Shown here: in pieces, positions 1 to 8,939 of the stretch
Position numbering within the stretch: the stretch's first letter is position 1
How the letters are laid out: each line of letters begins with the position of its first letter
Source of the DNA: Verrucomicrobiota bacterium
Lineage (GTDB): Bacteria; Verrucomicrobiota; Lentisphaeria; Lentisphaerales; Lentisphaeraceae
NCBI GenBank assembly: GCA_039798785.1
Contig: JBDKFG010000066.1
Location: 1-28,098 of the forward strand
Reading direction: 5' to 3'
Length of the DNA: 28,098 nt
Translations under genes and position numbers: made by a program
Notes under the pieces: generated by a model
Told to the model about the DNA's origin: nothing
What the model saw: only the letters and a program-made list of their open reading frames with translations
The model's database searches: none

Positions 1-79
1 GCCTTCTCCTCTCCGGCCTTCTCCTCTCCGGCCTTCTCCTCTCCGGCCTTCTCCTCTCCGGCCTTCTCCTCTCCGGCCT
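1..79. repeat. 15-bp tandem repeat (GCCTTCTCCTCTCCG x5 plus partial), encodes AGEEK repeats on the minus strand; runs off the window
   Basis: Five exact copies at 1-75; in frame with the batB-like CDS. Confidence 0.95.
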
Positions 80-1631
80 CTCCGCGCGGGGCGGAAGATT
101 GGGACTCTCGTTCTTCCAGCCGCTCGCGATTGGCCTTATCCTGCTCTTCCTTGGCTTGGCGGGCGTTATCCGCAGCCTGACGCGCCTGCTTCTGGCGTTC
201 TTGCTGTCGCTTCTTCTCTTCTTGCGCCTTCTGCTCGTCGCGCAAACGCTTGAGCTCGAGGGCCTGTTGACGCGCCGCATGAGCCGAGCGCAATCCCTTG
301 ATCAGATCAGCCGACCCCGGCTCCGTCTTCAAGGCTTGCCCGTAGGCATCAATGGCCGCTGTGGCATCGGTTACGGCACCGCCTGGATCGAACTCCATCT
401 TCGCCAGTGATGTGGCGTGTCTGATCGTCGCCAGATCGCGAGCCAAGGCGGCGCTCAAGGCTTTGGGCAGACCGGGAATCTTCAGGGCCTCCTCAATCTT
501 GGTCTGCTCCGCCCGGACATCCTGCCCGGCGCCCAAGGCCTCACTTACCCGCCTGTGCAGATCCAAGGCCTGAGCCGGAGTCGCAAGCTCCTCCGCCGGC
601 AGTCGCAGAGGCAAGAGGAGAATGAGAAGGCTTGTCGCCGCCGATTTCGCGCGCTCGCCCACGCACAAGCGTATTAGAAGAACAAGCAAGACCAGAGGAA
701 GAATCAACTGATAGATCAATCTCGGACGTGACCTCGCCTGCTCCTCCGCCTGCACCTGGCTCACCTGCTTGATCCGCTCTCCGGCCATGAGCAGCCCCCC
801 GGACATCGGCTCCTCTGGCTGGAAGGGCACGAAAAGCCCGCCGCTCGCCACGGCGATCGCCTCCATCGCCCGATAATCGGGACGCGAAGTCACGGCCTCG
901 CCATTCTTTCTTTTCAAAGGCTTGCCATCGCTCTCCAGCACCGGACTGTTGCGATCGCTGCGGCCCAAGGCGACAGCGATCACCGGAATGCCGGTTTGCT
1001 TCAGCTTGTCGAGTTCGCTCTTGCTGTCGCCGCCGAGTTCTTCGCCGTCACTGAGGAGGATGATCACCCGGGAACCGGCCGTTTCGTCGGGAAATTGTCG
1101 CTGCGCCTCCCGCAACCCGGCGCCTAGATCCGATCCGGCGGGCAGCAGGCCAGGCTCCAGGGCCGCGGCTGCATCGAAAAGTGATTTATGGTCGGCAGTC
1201 AAGGGGCAGTCGCTGCTTGCCGCACCGGCGAAACTGACCAGGCCGACATGATCGCCGGGAAAACCTTGCAGCAATTCGCGAATCCAGGACCGTGCGTAGT
1301 CGAGCCGGGAGACCTCGCGGCAGTCGCGGCAGTTCATCGACTTAGACGCGTCCAGGACGAAAACCAGACTCCGACTCGAACCGGTTTCGACCACCTGGTC
1401 CCTGCCGGCAAAAGGCATCGCCAGGCAGACCCCCAGCAAGATCACCGCCGCCAGAAGACTCAGGTCCCGCCAGAAACGTCGCCGCGGCGAGGCGTCGCTG
1501 CCCGCCGCAGGCAAAAACCGCGCCAAGCGTCGGCGCTGATGCCTGGCCCAGAAAAAAGCCGGCAGGACCAGCAGCAGCGCGATCGCTGCAAGCCCCGCAT
1601 AAGCCGGGTGAAGCCATTCGAGATTAAACAT
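1..1631 (-). CDS. batB: BatB-like VWA membrane protein with helical/TPR-like and charged low-complexity C-terminal extension (BatB-BatC-like fusion), 3'-partial
   Basis: Not in ORF track (no stop in window). Manual translation from ATG 1631: MFNLEWLHPAYAGL..., TM segments, MIDAS motif VLDASKSM, VGLVSFAG...CPLTAD, IILLSDGEE, further TM, then EQKAQEEKKRQQERQ and AGEEK repeats; downstream of batA. Confidence 0.85.
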   Translation of the reverse strand, partial: MFNLEWLHPAYAGLAAIALLLVLPAFFWARHQRRRLARFLPAAGSDASPRRRFWRDLSLLAAVILLGVCLAMPFAGRDQVVETGSSRSLVFVLDASKSMNCRDCREVSRLDYARSWIRELLQGFPGDHVGLVSFAGAASSDCPLTADHKSLFDAAAALEPGLLPAGSDLGAGLREAQRQFPDETAGSRVIILLSDGEELGGDSKSELDKLKQTGIPVIAVALGRSDRNSPVLESDGKPLKRKNGEAVTSRPDYRAMEAIAVASGGLFVPFQPEEPMSGGLLMAGERIKQVSQVQAEEQARSRPRLIYQLILPLVLLVLLIRLCVGERAKSAATSLLILLLPLRLPAEELATPAQALDLHRRVSEALGAGQDVRAEQTKIEEALKIPGLPKALSAALARDLATIRHATSLAKMEFDPGGAVTDATAAIDAYGQALKTEPGSADLIKGLRSAHAARQQALELKRLRDEQKAQEEKKRQQERQKQARQAADNARQAKEEQDKANRERLEERESQSSAPRGEAGEEKAGEEKAGEEKAGEEKAGEEK

Positions 1632-1638
1632 GGGCCGC

Positions 1639-1670
1639 AAGGGTTGTAAGGGTTGTAAGGGTTGCAGGGT
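1639..1670. repeat. 9-bp tandem repeat (AAGGGTTGT x3, degenerate 4th) in the batA-batB spacer
   Basis: aagggttgt-aagggttgt-aagggttgc-agggt read directly. Confidence 0.85.
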
Positions 1671-1697
1671 GTTTCGGGGCCACAAGTGCTGCTCGCC

Positions 1698-1754
1698 TCC
1701 GAAGCGGATCAGAGATTTTAGCCCAGGGCTGAGCCTCATTGGCGTCACTCTGGG
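1698..1754. repeat. REP-like palindromic element (small hairpin plus larger imperfect hairpin)
   Basis: tccg-aag-cgga (1698-1708) and cccaggg...tga-gcc-tcatt-ggc-g-tca...ctctggg (1722-1754). Confidence 0.45.
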
Positions 1755-1790
1755 GGCGAAGAAGCCTCTTCCTCGACTGTCGCTCCTGAG

Positions 1791-2828
1791 TCATGGCAGC
1801 CTCAGCCAAAGCGTATTCGAAAGGACGAATCCCGCCACGATAAGAATCAGCCCGGCGATGAGAAAGGGCAGGACCCGGTCTTGCCATTGCGTCTGACGCT
1901 CAATCCCGATCTCGACCTTTTCGATCTTGTCGATCTCCTTCATCGTCCTCTCGAACTCTTCCGCGTCCGCCGCTCGGAAGAAATGACCGCCGCCGGGTTC
2001 GCTCAACCTTTTCATCAGCTCTTCGTCGAAGGATTCCGCTCCCGACTTCTCAAGCCGGTAACGGTCCAGGCCGACTCGCACGCTCTGGTAGGCGTTGTCG
2101 CTGCCGATTCCGATGGTGTGAATGGTCACTCCTTGTTTCGCAGCCACCGCAGCCGCCTCCTCAGGCGTGATCAGTGACTTGACCGTATTCGCCCCGTCGG
2201 TCGCCAGGATCAGCACCCGCCGTTTCGACGGCGATTGGAGGAGACGCCGCGCCGCCGCATTGATTCCCGCGGCGATGTTGGTGCCATTGCTGTAATCGCC
2301 CAGCATGCCGTTCTCGATCTCCTCGATGCGCTTTAGCAACAAGCCGTGATCAATCGTCGGCGGACAGCGACCCAGGGCCTCCGACCCGAAAAGAACCAGG
2401 CCGATCCGGTCGTCCGGCCGCGCCTTGACGAACTCGGCGAGCCGCAGCTTCGCCGTCTCGAGCCGGTCCTTCAACTGCCCCGATTGGATCGCTTCGATCA
2501 ACTCCTGAGTGTCCGTCATCGACTTCGCCGGATCGTAGCTTGTCATCGATCCCGAGACGTCGAGCGCGATCATGATGTCGATCCCCTGCCGCAGATCGCG
2601 CTGCCGCTCCGCCCCCGACTGAGGCCGGGCCAGAGCGAGGATCAAGACGACGAGCCCGGCACACTCCAGCATCAACGGCAGACGGCGACGCCAGGCCGAT
2701 TCCGCGCCGCTGCCGACAAAGGCGGCGCTGGCAATCAACAGGCTAGGCGGACGACGGCGCCACGCCAGCACCAGCACCAGCAGCGCCGGCACCAGCAGCA
2801 GGAGGAACCAGGGATCGGCAAAACGCAT
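1791..2828 (-). CDS. batA: BatA-family VWA domain membrane protein
   Basis: MRFADPWFLLLL N-terminus, ALARPQ, GIDIMIALDVSGSM (MIDAS), DRIGLVLFG, LATDG, IHTIGIG, C-terminal TM; ATG 2828 preferred over TTG 2834. Confidence 0.9.
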   Translation of the reverse strand: MRFADPWFLLLLVPALLVLVLAWRRRPPSLLIASAAFVGSGAESAWRRRLPLMLECAGLVVLILALARPQSGAERQRDLRQGIDIMIALDVSGSMTSYDPAKSMTDTQELIEAIQSGQLKDRLETAKLRLAEFVKARPDDRIGLVLFGSEALGRCPPTIDHGLLLKRIEEIENGMLGDYSNGTNIAAGINAAARRLLQSPSKRRVLILATDGANTVKSLITPEEAAAVAAKQGVTIHTIGIGSDNAYQSVRVGLDRYRLEKSGAESFDEELMKRLSEPGGGHFFRAADAEEFERTMKEIDKIEKVEIGIERQTQWQDRVLPFLIAGLILIVAGFVLSNTLWLRLP

Positions 2829-2926
2829 CGGCAAAACTCACTTTAAACCGCAATTGACGACGCCCAAAATACCGGGCTTTTCGCTTCGTGAGAGCGGAAT
2901 GTCGATGAATTTCCGCGGCCAGCATC

Positions 2927-5900
2927 TCACCAGAGCTCTTCTTCCTCTTCAAAGTCCGGACAAAGCTGTGGCCAGGGAGCGAAATCAGCGGCGGTCAAAC
3001 CGGTGCCGAAAACCGAAACTGTCAGAGAATCCCCCTTCCCCAACTGGCTTGCCAAGTGCTGCAGCAGGGTCTTAGGCACCTGAGACCCCCTCAAATCAAG
3101 CTGGTAGACTTCCTGCGGCAGGCGCAAGGCGAGCCATTCGTCTTCGCTGGCGCGACATTCCAGCAGACGCAATTCAGAAAATTTGAACGACCCCAAGTGC
3201 GCCAGAATCGAGCCGAGATCAGCCCGCCGGAAGCCGAAATCACGGCATTGCAACCGCTTAAACAAGGACTTCAAATCACTCTCATGCCGACAAGCCGCGG
3301 ATCCGAGAAGCAGGGCGCTCAATTCATACTTTTCACCAGGCTGCAAGCCCAGCTCTTCCGCCGTCGCGATGTCAAGACCGCTGAAGTCGAATTCATCCCC
3401 GGGGCCTTTCCTCATCCAGAGCTTCCCCCTCTCTTCCAGCGAATAACGGCAATCCTCGATATGGAGGCGACCGCCCACTCCTTGTGCCGGCGGCAGCTGA
3501 CCGCCACTCAAGTAGAGATCCCCGACCTTCAGCTCAGCTTCAAACACCAGATGACGCAGGCTCAGCAACACGAAATCAAGCTTGGGATTGATCAGCGCAG
3601 CCGGATTCACAGGGCAGCCATCGAGACTCATCTCCAGCGCAATTTTGCTTCCGTCGTCCGTACCGTCTTCACTCAGCTTCTTGCGAAGACTGGCCAGAAA
3701 CTCCCCCTTCACCTGAGTACGCGCCAGATCCAATGTCAGACAATCGCCCCACATGCCCCTCAAAGCCCGATCGGTGACCGCAGTGTCCGCCAGATACACA
3801 TACTCAAGCTGCGCCAGCTTGGGCAATACAGCGCCGAAATCGTCCTTGATCAGGGTCTGCCGCAAATCAAGCGTCCGCAATTCCGGGCAGGACTCAAGCC
3901 AGGCAGCCAAGGCATTGTCCACCGGACAGGCCCGAAGATTCAAATGCGTCAGCTTGGGCAGCTTGGCCGTCAACAAGGACGCAGAAAGCACCCCAGTCTT
4001 GGCGAGATCCAAGAACTCCAAGTCCGGCAGCTCAGGAAGCCGGAACTGGCTGTTCAAACGGCTGCCGCTGAGATCAAGCTTCTGAAGCTTCGGCGAAGCT
4101 CTCAGGAAGGCCGCAACTTCGTTGTTCACAGGAAGCCCACTCAACCACAATTCCGTCAATTGCGGACAACGCAAGGCCATCAAGGCCTCGACATCGACAT
4201 CGGCCTTCTCCAGTCTCAAGTCCCGCAAATCCGCCAGACTCAGTTCCGACAAGCTCAAAGAGGATTGGTTCAAAATCAGCTTCTGCAGAGGGCTGCTTCG
4301 CAGCGCTGCCTGCAGCCCTTGCGACAGCTTCTGTCGATGCATTTCTAGCTCCGTCAAATGCGGCAAAGAACGCCCGAATACACACTCGGCTACAGTGGAC
4401 CTCCTCAAATTGAGCGTCTTCAATCCTGGGCTGAGCGGCTCCCCATGCAGGCGAGTGGCCTCCACGTGCAAGTCCTTCAAAGCCGGCAAATGCGCCAGAC
4501 GCACATCGGATTTCTCCGCCCGCAGCATCTCCAGCTTCGGCTGCGTCAGCACCGAGAGGGTCATCTCAGCCAAATTCAATGAGGTCAAAGCCGGCAGACT
4601 CGGCAAAACGCCCGAGTGCAGCTCCACTCCACCTAGTCCTAAACTGCTTAACTTCTCCAGCTTGGGAATCTGAATCTTCCCCGGGCATTTATATAAATCC
4701 AAGGTTTTCAACTCCGGCAGATTCTCCAGAATTTTCTCCGGCAAGCGGCTCCCGTGAACGCACAAAATCTCCAGCTTGGACCAGTCGCAGGCCGCCTCCA
4801 TTTCCCCACCCTCGAGCATCAAGCCCTCAACCGCCATTTTCACTTCCGGGTTGAGCCGCGTCCTCAGCAAACCCAGCTTTTTGACCTGCGACAGATCCGC
4901 CCCGCCCACAATCTCGCAATCCTCCATAAAAACATTCACCGCACTAATTTTTGCGCCACGCCCTAAACGACAATTCTTCAAACTCAGAACCCGTCCATCC
5001 ACTTTCATTTCCAAGGGGAATCTACTGTTCAGGTCATACACACTAAAACCCACTTGAGAGGCTTTATTGATTACAGAAATATCACCAACAATCTCACAAT
5101 AACTCAGTGCACCTTCCAAGATGAAATCAAATTTTTTAGGAATATTTAGAGTAAACCTATATTTACAGTCAACAATTTTTCCAGAGACACAGAATACTCT
5201 AGGTCTTTCCCATGCTCTCAGATTCTCAAAAACCAAATCCTCACGAGACAAAAATTTACCCGCATAATCGAGCATCGCAGGACTATTACTTTTGAATAAT
5301 TTCAATTTTGAATTTTTTGGTTGATCATAGGAATCGTGGCACAGCGGAAGTGCGACTAATCCATCCTCAATAATCTCCATTCTTTGCAATTCTGGCAAAC
5401 GCAGAAAACCCGGAAACGCGTCTGAACTCTCCATCGCTCCATTTAAAATTATTTCCTGCAAATTCTTGCAAGCCACCAAGCGCCTGAGCAATTCCTCGGG
5501 AATCACATTTAAATACAATTCAACTTTTGTTAGACATGCAGGAGGCGACCAGGCCCGCAACTCTGCCAAGCCATCTTTTGTCATCCACCCACTTAAACTT
5601 AATGACTCAATATTCTTTTGACTCTTTAAACCATGGATGAATTTCGCCGAAAAACCTTTTTTTGATGGATTTAAAATATTTAACTCCTTAAAATTGTAAT
5701 CCTGAAGATTTAAACCATCACAACTATCACACCAAGAATTCAATTCTAAAATCTCGATAGATTTACATGAAGCTATCGATTTAACAATTTTATCAATGTG
5801 CATTTCACCACCAAATCGAAATTCTTTAATTCCAGTCTGCCAACTTAAGAAATTTAAAATTTCCCCATCAACATTTCCAATCTCACATGAAATGCTAATA

Positions 5901-6316
5901 GATTCTACACCCCTTTGATATCTAGCCAATGCCGGTGCGATCTCCCGAATAAGACCCTCTTCACTAACATTCACAGTCCTTAACTCAACATTTGAAATCA
6001 AAAGTTTTATGATTTCTGCATCTGGCTTTCTACTGCCATCTCCATAAGTCCACAGGGAGAATTTCCTCTTCTGCAGCTTGCGATCGACAAAGCTCTGCAG
6101 CCATTTCGGCATCTTGTCGTGACGCTCCTCGATCCAGTCATGAGCAAAATAATAGTGCTCATCCTCCCTCGAGAAAAACGCCTCCATGCCATGCTGCTGA
6201 ATCAGCTCTTCATCGGTGGGGCGGATGACCCAGACCACAAAGGCGGTGAGCAAGGCGATGAAGCCGAGGCCGGCCCAGGTGACGGGATTGAGCTTGAACC
6301 AGGAAAATCGAGACAT
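2927..6316 (-). CDS. Large N-terminally membrane-anchored leucine-rich repeat protein (~1129 aa)
   Basis: Long ORF; TM WAGLGFIALLTAFVVWVI; many LxxLxLxx units (LPELKTLDL, LPKLTHLNLRAC, LRTLDLRQT); start at MSRFSW chosen, alternative 6373. Confidence 0.85.
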   Translation of the reverse strand: MSRFSWFKLNPVTWAGLGFIALLTAFVVWVIRPTDEELIQQHGMEAFFSREDEHYYFAHDWIEERHDKMPKWLQSFVDRKLQKRKFSLWTYGDGSRKPDAEIIKLLISNVELRTVNVSEEGLIREIAPALARYQRGVESISISCEIGNVDGEILNFLSWQTGIKEFRFGGEMHIDKIVKSIASCKSIEILELNSWCDSCDGLNLQDYNFKELNILNPSKKGFSAKFIHGLKSQKNIESLSLSGWMTKDGLAELRAWSPPACLTKVELYLNVIPEELLRRLVACKNLQEIILNGAMESSDAFPGFLRLPELQRMEIIEDGLVALPLCHDSYDQPKNSKLKLFKSNSPAMLDYAGKFLSREDLVFENLRAWERPRVFCVSGKIVDCKYRFTLNIPKKFDFILEGALSYCEIVGDISVINKASQVGFSVYDLNSRFPLEMKVDGRVLSLKNCRLGRGAKISAVNVFMEDCEIVGGADLSQVKKLGLLRTRLNPEVKMAVEGLMLEGGEMEAACDWSKLEILCVHGSRLPEKILENLPELKTLDLYKCPGKIQIPKLEKLSSLGLGGVELHSGVLPSLPALTSLNLAEMTLSVLTQPKLEMLRAEKSDVRLAHLPALKDLHVEATRLHGEPLSPGLKTLNLRRSTVAECVFGRSLPHLTELEMHRQKLSQGLQAALRSSPLQKLILNQSSLSLSELSLADLRDLRLEKADVDVEALMALRCPQLTELWLSGLPVNNEVAAFLRASPKLQKLDLSGSRLNSQFRLPELPDLEFLDLAKTGVLSASLLTAKLPKLTHLNLRACPVDNALAAWLESCPELRTLDLRQTLIKDDFGAVLPKLAQLEYVYLADTAVTDRALRGMWGDCLTLDLARTQVKGEFLASLRKKLSEDGTDDGSKIALEMSLDGCPVNPAALINPKLDFVLLSLRHLVFEAELKVGDLYLSGGQLPPAQGVGGRLHIEDCRYSLEERGKLWMRKGPGDEFDFSGLDIATAEELGLQPGEKYELSALLLGSAACRHESDLKSLFKRLQCRDFGFRRADLGSILAHLGSFKFSELRLLECRASEDEWLALRLPQEVYQLDLRGSQVPKTLLQHLASQLGKGDSLTVSVFGTGLTAADFAPWPQLCPDFEEEEELW

Positions 6317-6454
6317 AGAAACTCCGCTGTCTCTCAAGATAAGCCAGCAGCCACAAGGATAACAAGTCGCCACCGAAAATTGACAGTCTCTTCAAAAAAA
6401 CCTCGGCCGACGCGTATCTTCGGCATCATTCCACCTAGCATCAGGAGATCCCCC

Positions 6455-7849
6455 ATGCCCTTCCTCATCCCCAGTCTCTGCCTCGCCCTGCTCAACGCCT
6501 CCCCTGCGCCCGACGTCGCCCCCACCTCCCCCGCCGCCCAAGCCCAGCCGGCCAAGGCTCAGCCCTATTTCGACTACCACAAGAATGAAGCCGACAAGAC
6601 TTCGTCGCTGCGCTGCCGCACTCGCCTCTTCCGCCACCCCAAAAGCGCCAAGGAAGTCGAGATCGTCGGGATGATCCACATCGCCGACGCCAGCTTCTAC
6701 AAAGCCGTGCGGCAACACATCGAAAAAGCCGACCTCAGCTTGATGGAAGGCGTCACCGGCTTCCCCGGCCCCGGCGTCATCCCCCTGCTTTACACGCTCG
6801 GCAACACCAATCGCGTCGCCGGCCAGTTCGAACTCCATTCGCAAGGCGACTTCATCGGCCGCGACCTGCCCCGCACCGAGTCGGCCGACGTCGACATCAA
6901 CGAAGTGATGCCGGGTTTCTGGGCAAGCACCGGGATGTTCCTCAAGCTTCCTCTCGATATCGTCGCCTTCGAGACCGCCAACCTCGGCATGAGCCTCGGT
7001 CGCGGCGGCAGCGCCCTCGTCGGCAGCACCGGATCCTACACCGAATGGCTGCGCCAGACTCTCAGCGAGATGCCCGACGAGAGCGACGAAGAAAGCCGGG
7101 ACGAGCTCAGCCACAACATCCTCGACAAACGCAACTCGCACCTGATCGAGGCGACCCGCAAGGCCCTGGAGAAACCCGAAGTCAAACGCATCTGCCTGCC
7201 CTGGGGAGCTGCTCATGGCGCCGGTCTCGAAACCCTGCTTCTCGCCGAAGGATTCGAACCGGTGTCGGAAGAGTGGCTGACGGCGATCCGGGTGGACGGC
7301 TATGGCGAATCCCAGGAGCGTCGGGAATCGCGCCCTTGGCATGCCAATCTGCCGCTGCTTTTCACCAGCCGCGGCTCGACCGAGTTCAACGATCTCAGCG
7401 TCGGACCTCTTGCGATCCTGGTCTCGCATGATTCCAAGGACCAGGAAAGCATGACCCTTTATGGCTGGGGCCTGCTAGGCGGCGCGATCAGAAAAGGGCG
7501 CGACGAACTCTGCTACGGCCCCCTCGGATTGATCGCCTCGAAGAGGAACCAGGAGAGCGCCGCCAACTCGCTGCTCTGGGGAGCGCTGCACTCCTACGAG
7601 CGCAAGCCTCAAGGCAGCGACTCGAGCCAGCTGCTCAATTTCGTCGAGTCGCAATCCCACGGCCAGGAACAGAGTTTCAAAATCGGCTGGTTCGGCGCCC
7701 TCTATCAGTCGCAACAGAAGGGGGAGGAGAGCAGCCGCCGCCTCCTCCCCTCCCTCGGCGACTTCCCGCTGCTCTACTCCAGCCGCTCCGACGCCAAGGG
7801 CACCTCCCACCGCTTCCTCCTCTTCTTCGAGATCCACGACGAGAAGTGA
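6455..7849 (+). CDS. Secreted TraB/GumN-like protein with C-terminal repeated beta-hairpin-like region
   Basis: AGGAGA SD before ATG 6455; signal peptide; motifs VGMIHIA, LMEG, LDKRN, PWGAAH resembling the TraB/PrgY/GumN family; C-terminal (L/W)xGxL repeats. Confidence 0.7.
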   Translation: MPFLIPSLCLALLNASPAPDVAPTSPAAQAQPAKAQPYFDYHKNEADKTSSLRCRTRLFRHPKSAKEVEIVGMIHIADASFYKAVRQHIEKADLSLMEGVTGFPGPGVIPLLYTLGNTNRVAGQFELHSQGDFIGRDLPRTESADVDINEVMPGFWASTGMFLKLPLDIVAFETANLGMSLGRGGSALVGSTGSYTEWLRQTLSEMPDESDEESRDELSHNILDKRNSHLIEATRKALEKPEVKRICLPWGAAHGAGLETLLLAEGFEPVSEEWLTAIRVDGYGESQERRESRPWHANLPLLFTSRGSTEFNDLSVGPLAILVSHDSKDQESMTLYGWGLLGGAIRKGRDELCYGPLGLIASKRNQESAANSLLWGALHSYERKPQGSDSSQLLNFVESQSHGQEQSFKIGWFGALYQSQQKGEESSRRLLPSLGDFPLLYSSRSDAKGTSHRFLLFFEIHDEK

Positions 7850-7862
7850 GGCCCGCCCGGCC

Positions 7863-8888
7863 TCAATGCCTTGCCCACTCGTTGAGACTGACTTCCGCAG
7901 CCGCGACGGCAGCCTCCAGACCGGCGGGGCGCAGCCTGGCCTCGCCGCGACATTCGATCGTCAAGACCTGATCGGCTCCGGCGAGGAAATACAGAACGTA
8001 TCCGGCGTCCTCGAAGACCAGGCAGGGACGTTCGCCCCAAGCTTGAAAGCGGCGGATGGCGATGTCCTTGCGGCCCTTTTGGCGCAGCTCTTTACTCAGC
8101 AGGACCTCCCAGAATTCCGGCGCCATCGCCTGCCCGATCGAGTGACGCTCGGCAGAGATCAGCAGTCCCTCGGCGCTGAGAGCTCGCAGCTGACGAGAAT
8201 CCCGCCTCACCACCAGGAGTGAAGCCGACAGCTCCAGACCAAACCCGGAGTCGAGATCGTGCGCGACAAACTGACCGCGATGCACCGGACCCGCGAGATC
8301 CCCCAACCAGGAAAACGGCGTCTGCACCCCGGCTAGCTCGGCCTCGTGTTTGACCAGACGCAGACTGAGCCGGGAAAAACGGCTGTCGTGCTCGATCAGG
8401 CGGCGCTGCCCCTTGAGGCTTTCGATCTCGCCGCTGAGTCGGCTGATCTCCTGCTCGACCTTGAGAAGATCCTCGACCTTGCCCTGCTTGCCGAGGAGTT
8501 CCCGTAGCCGCTGCAAAGCCGCTTCGGCGTTGCCGAGGCGCAGCTCCAGGTCGTGAAAGCGCTCGGTGACGTCGTCGACCTGCCGGCGCAGCTCCACGAC
8601 TTCGCCGAGGCCGCCCAGCTCCTTGAGGAAGGCTTCGAAGACGGTGGCGGGCAGGCGCAGTTCCAAGCTGTCGCCTTCCTGCTTCTGCATCCAGCCGCCG
8701 GCGGCTTCGGCGCGGCGGCGCAGCTCGAGTGCGGCGGCACCGGGCTCGGCACAGTGGAGGGCGGCGCTGGCGGAGCAGATGCGGATCCGCCCGGCCTGCG
8801 GCACGGCGTCTTCCGACAAAGCGGGCGCCGCTTCCGCCAGGCTGGCAGCGGGCGCCTGGGCGAAGCAGTACTTGCTCACCCCCCGCAC
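7863..8888 (-). CDS. DUF4349-like domain protein (start uncertain)
   Basis: LELRLPA...FLKEL...DDVTERFHDLELRL...VEDLLKVEQEISRLSGEIESLKGQRR pattern typical of DUF4349; GTG start without clear SD. Confidence 0.75.
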   Translation of the reverse strand: MRGVSKYCFAQAPAASLAEAAPALSEDAVPQAGRIRICSASAALHCAEPGAAALELRRRAEAAGGWMQKQEGDSLELRLPATVFEAFLKELGGLGEVVELRRQVDDVTERFHDLELRLGNAEAALQRLRELLGKQGKVEDLLKVEQEISRLSGEIESLKGQRRLIEHDSRFSRLSLRLVKHEAELAGVQTPFSWLGDLAGPVHRGQFVAHDLDSGFGLELSASLLVVRRDSRQLRALSAEGLLISAERHSIGQAMAPEFWEVLLSKELRQKGRKDIAIRRFQAWGERPCLVFEDAGYVLYFLAGADQVLTIECRGEARLRPAGLEAAVAAAEVSLNEWARH

Positions 8889-8939
8889 ACAAATGCGACA
8901 TCTTTTAGGGAGACCATCATCGATCGGAGTTCGAAGCGA

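Noticed and set aside
6380..6410. TTGACA upstream of the TraB-like gene
   Set aside because: No acceptable -10 box at 16-18 nt spacing
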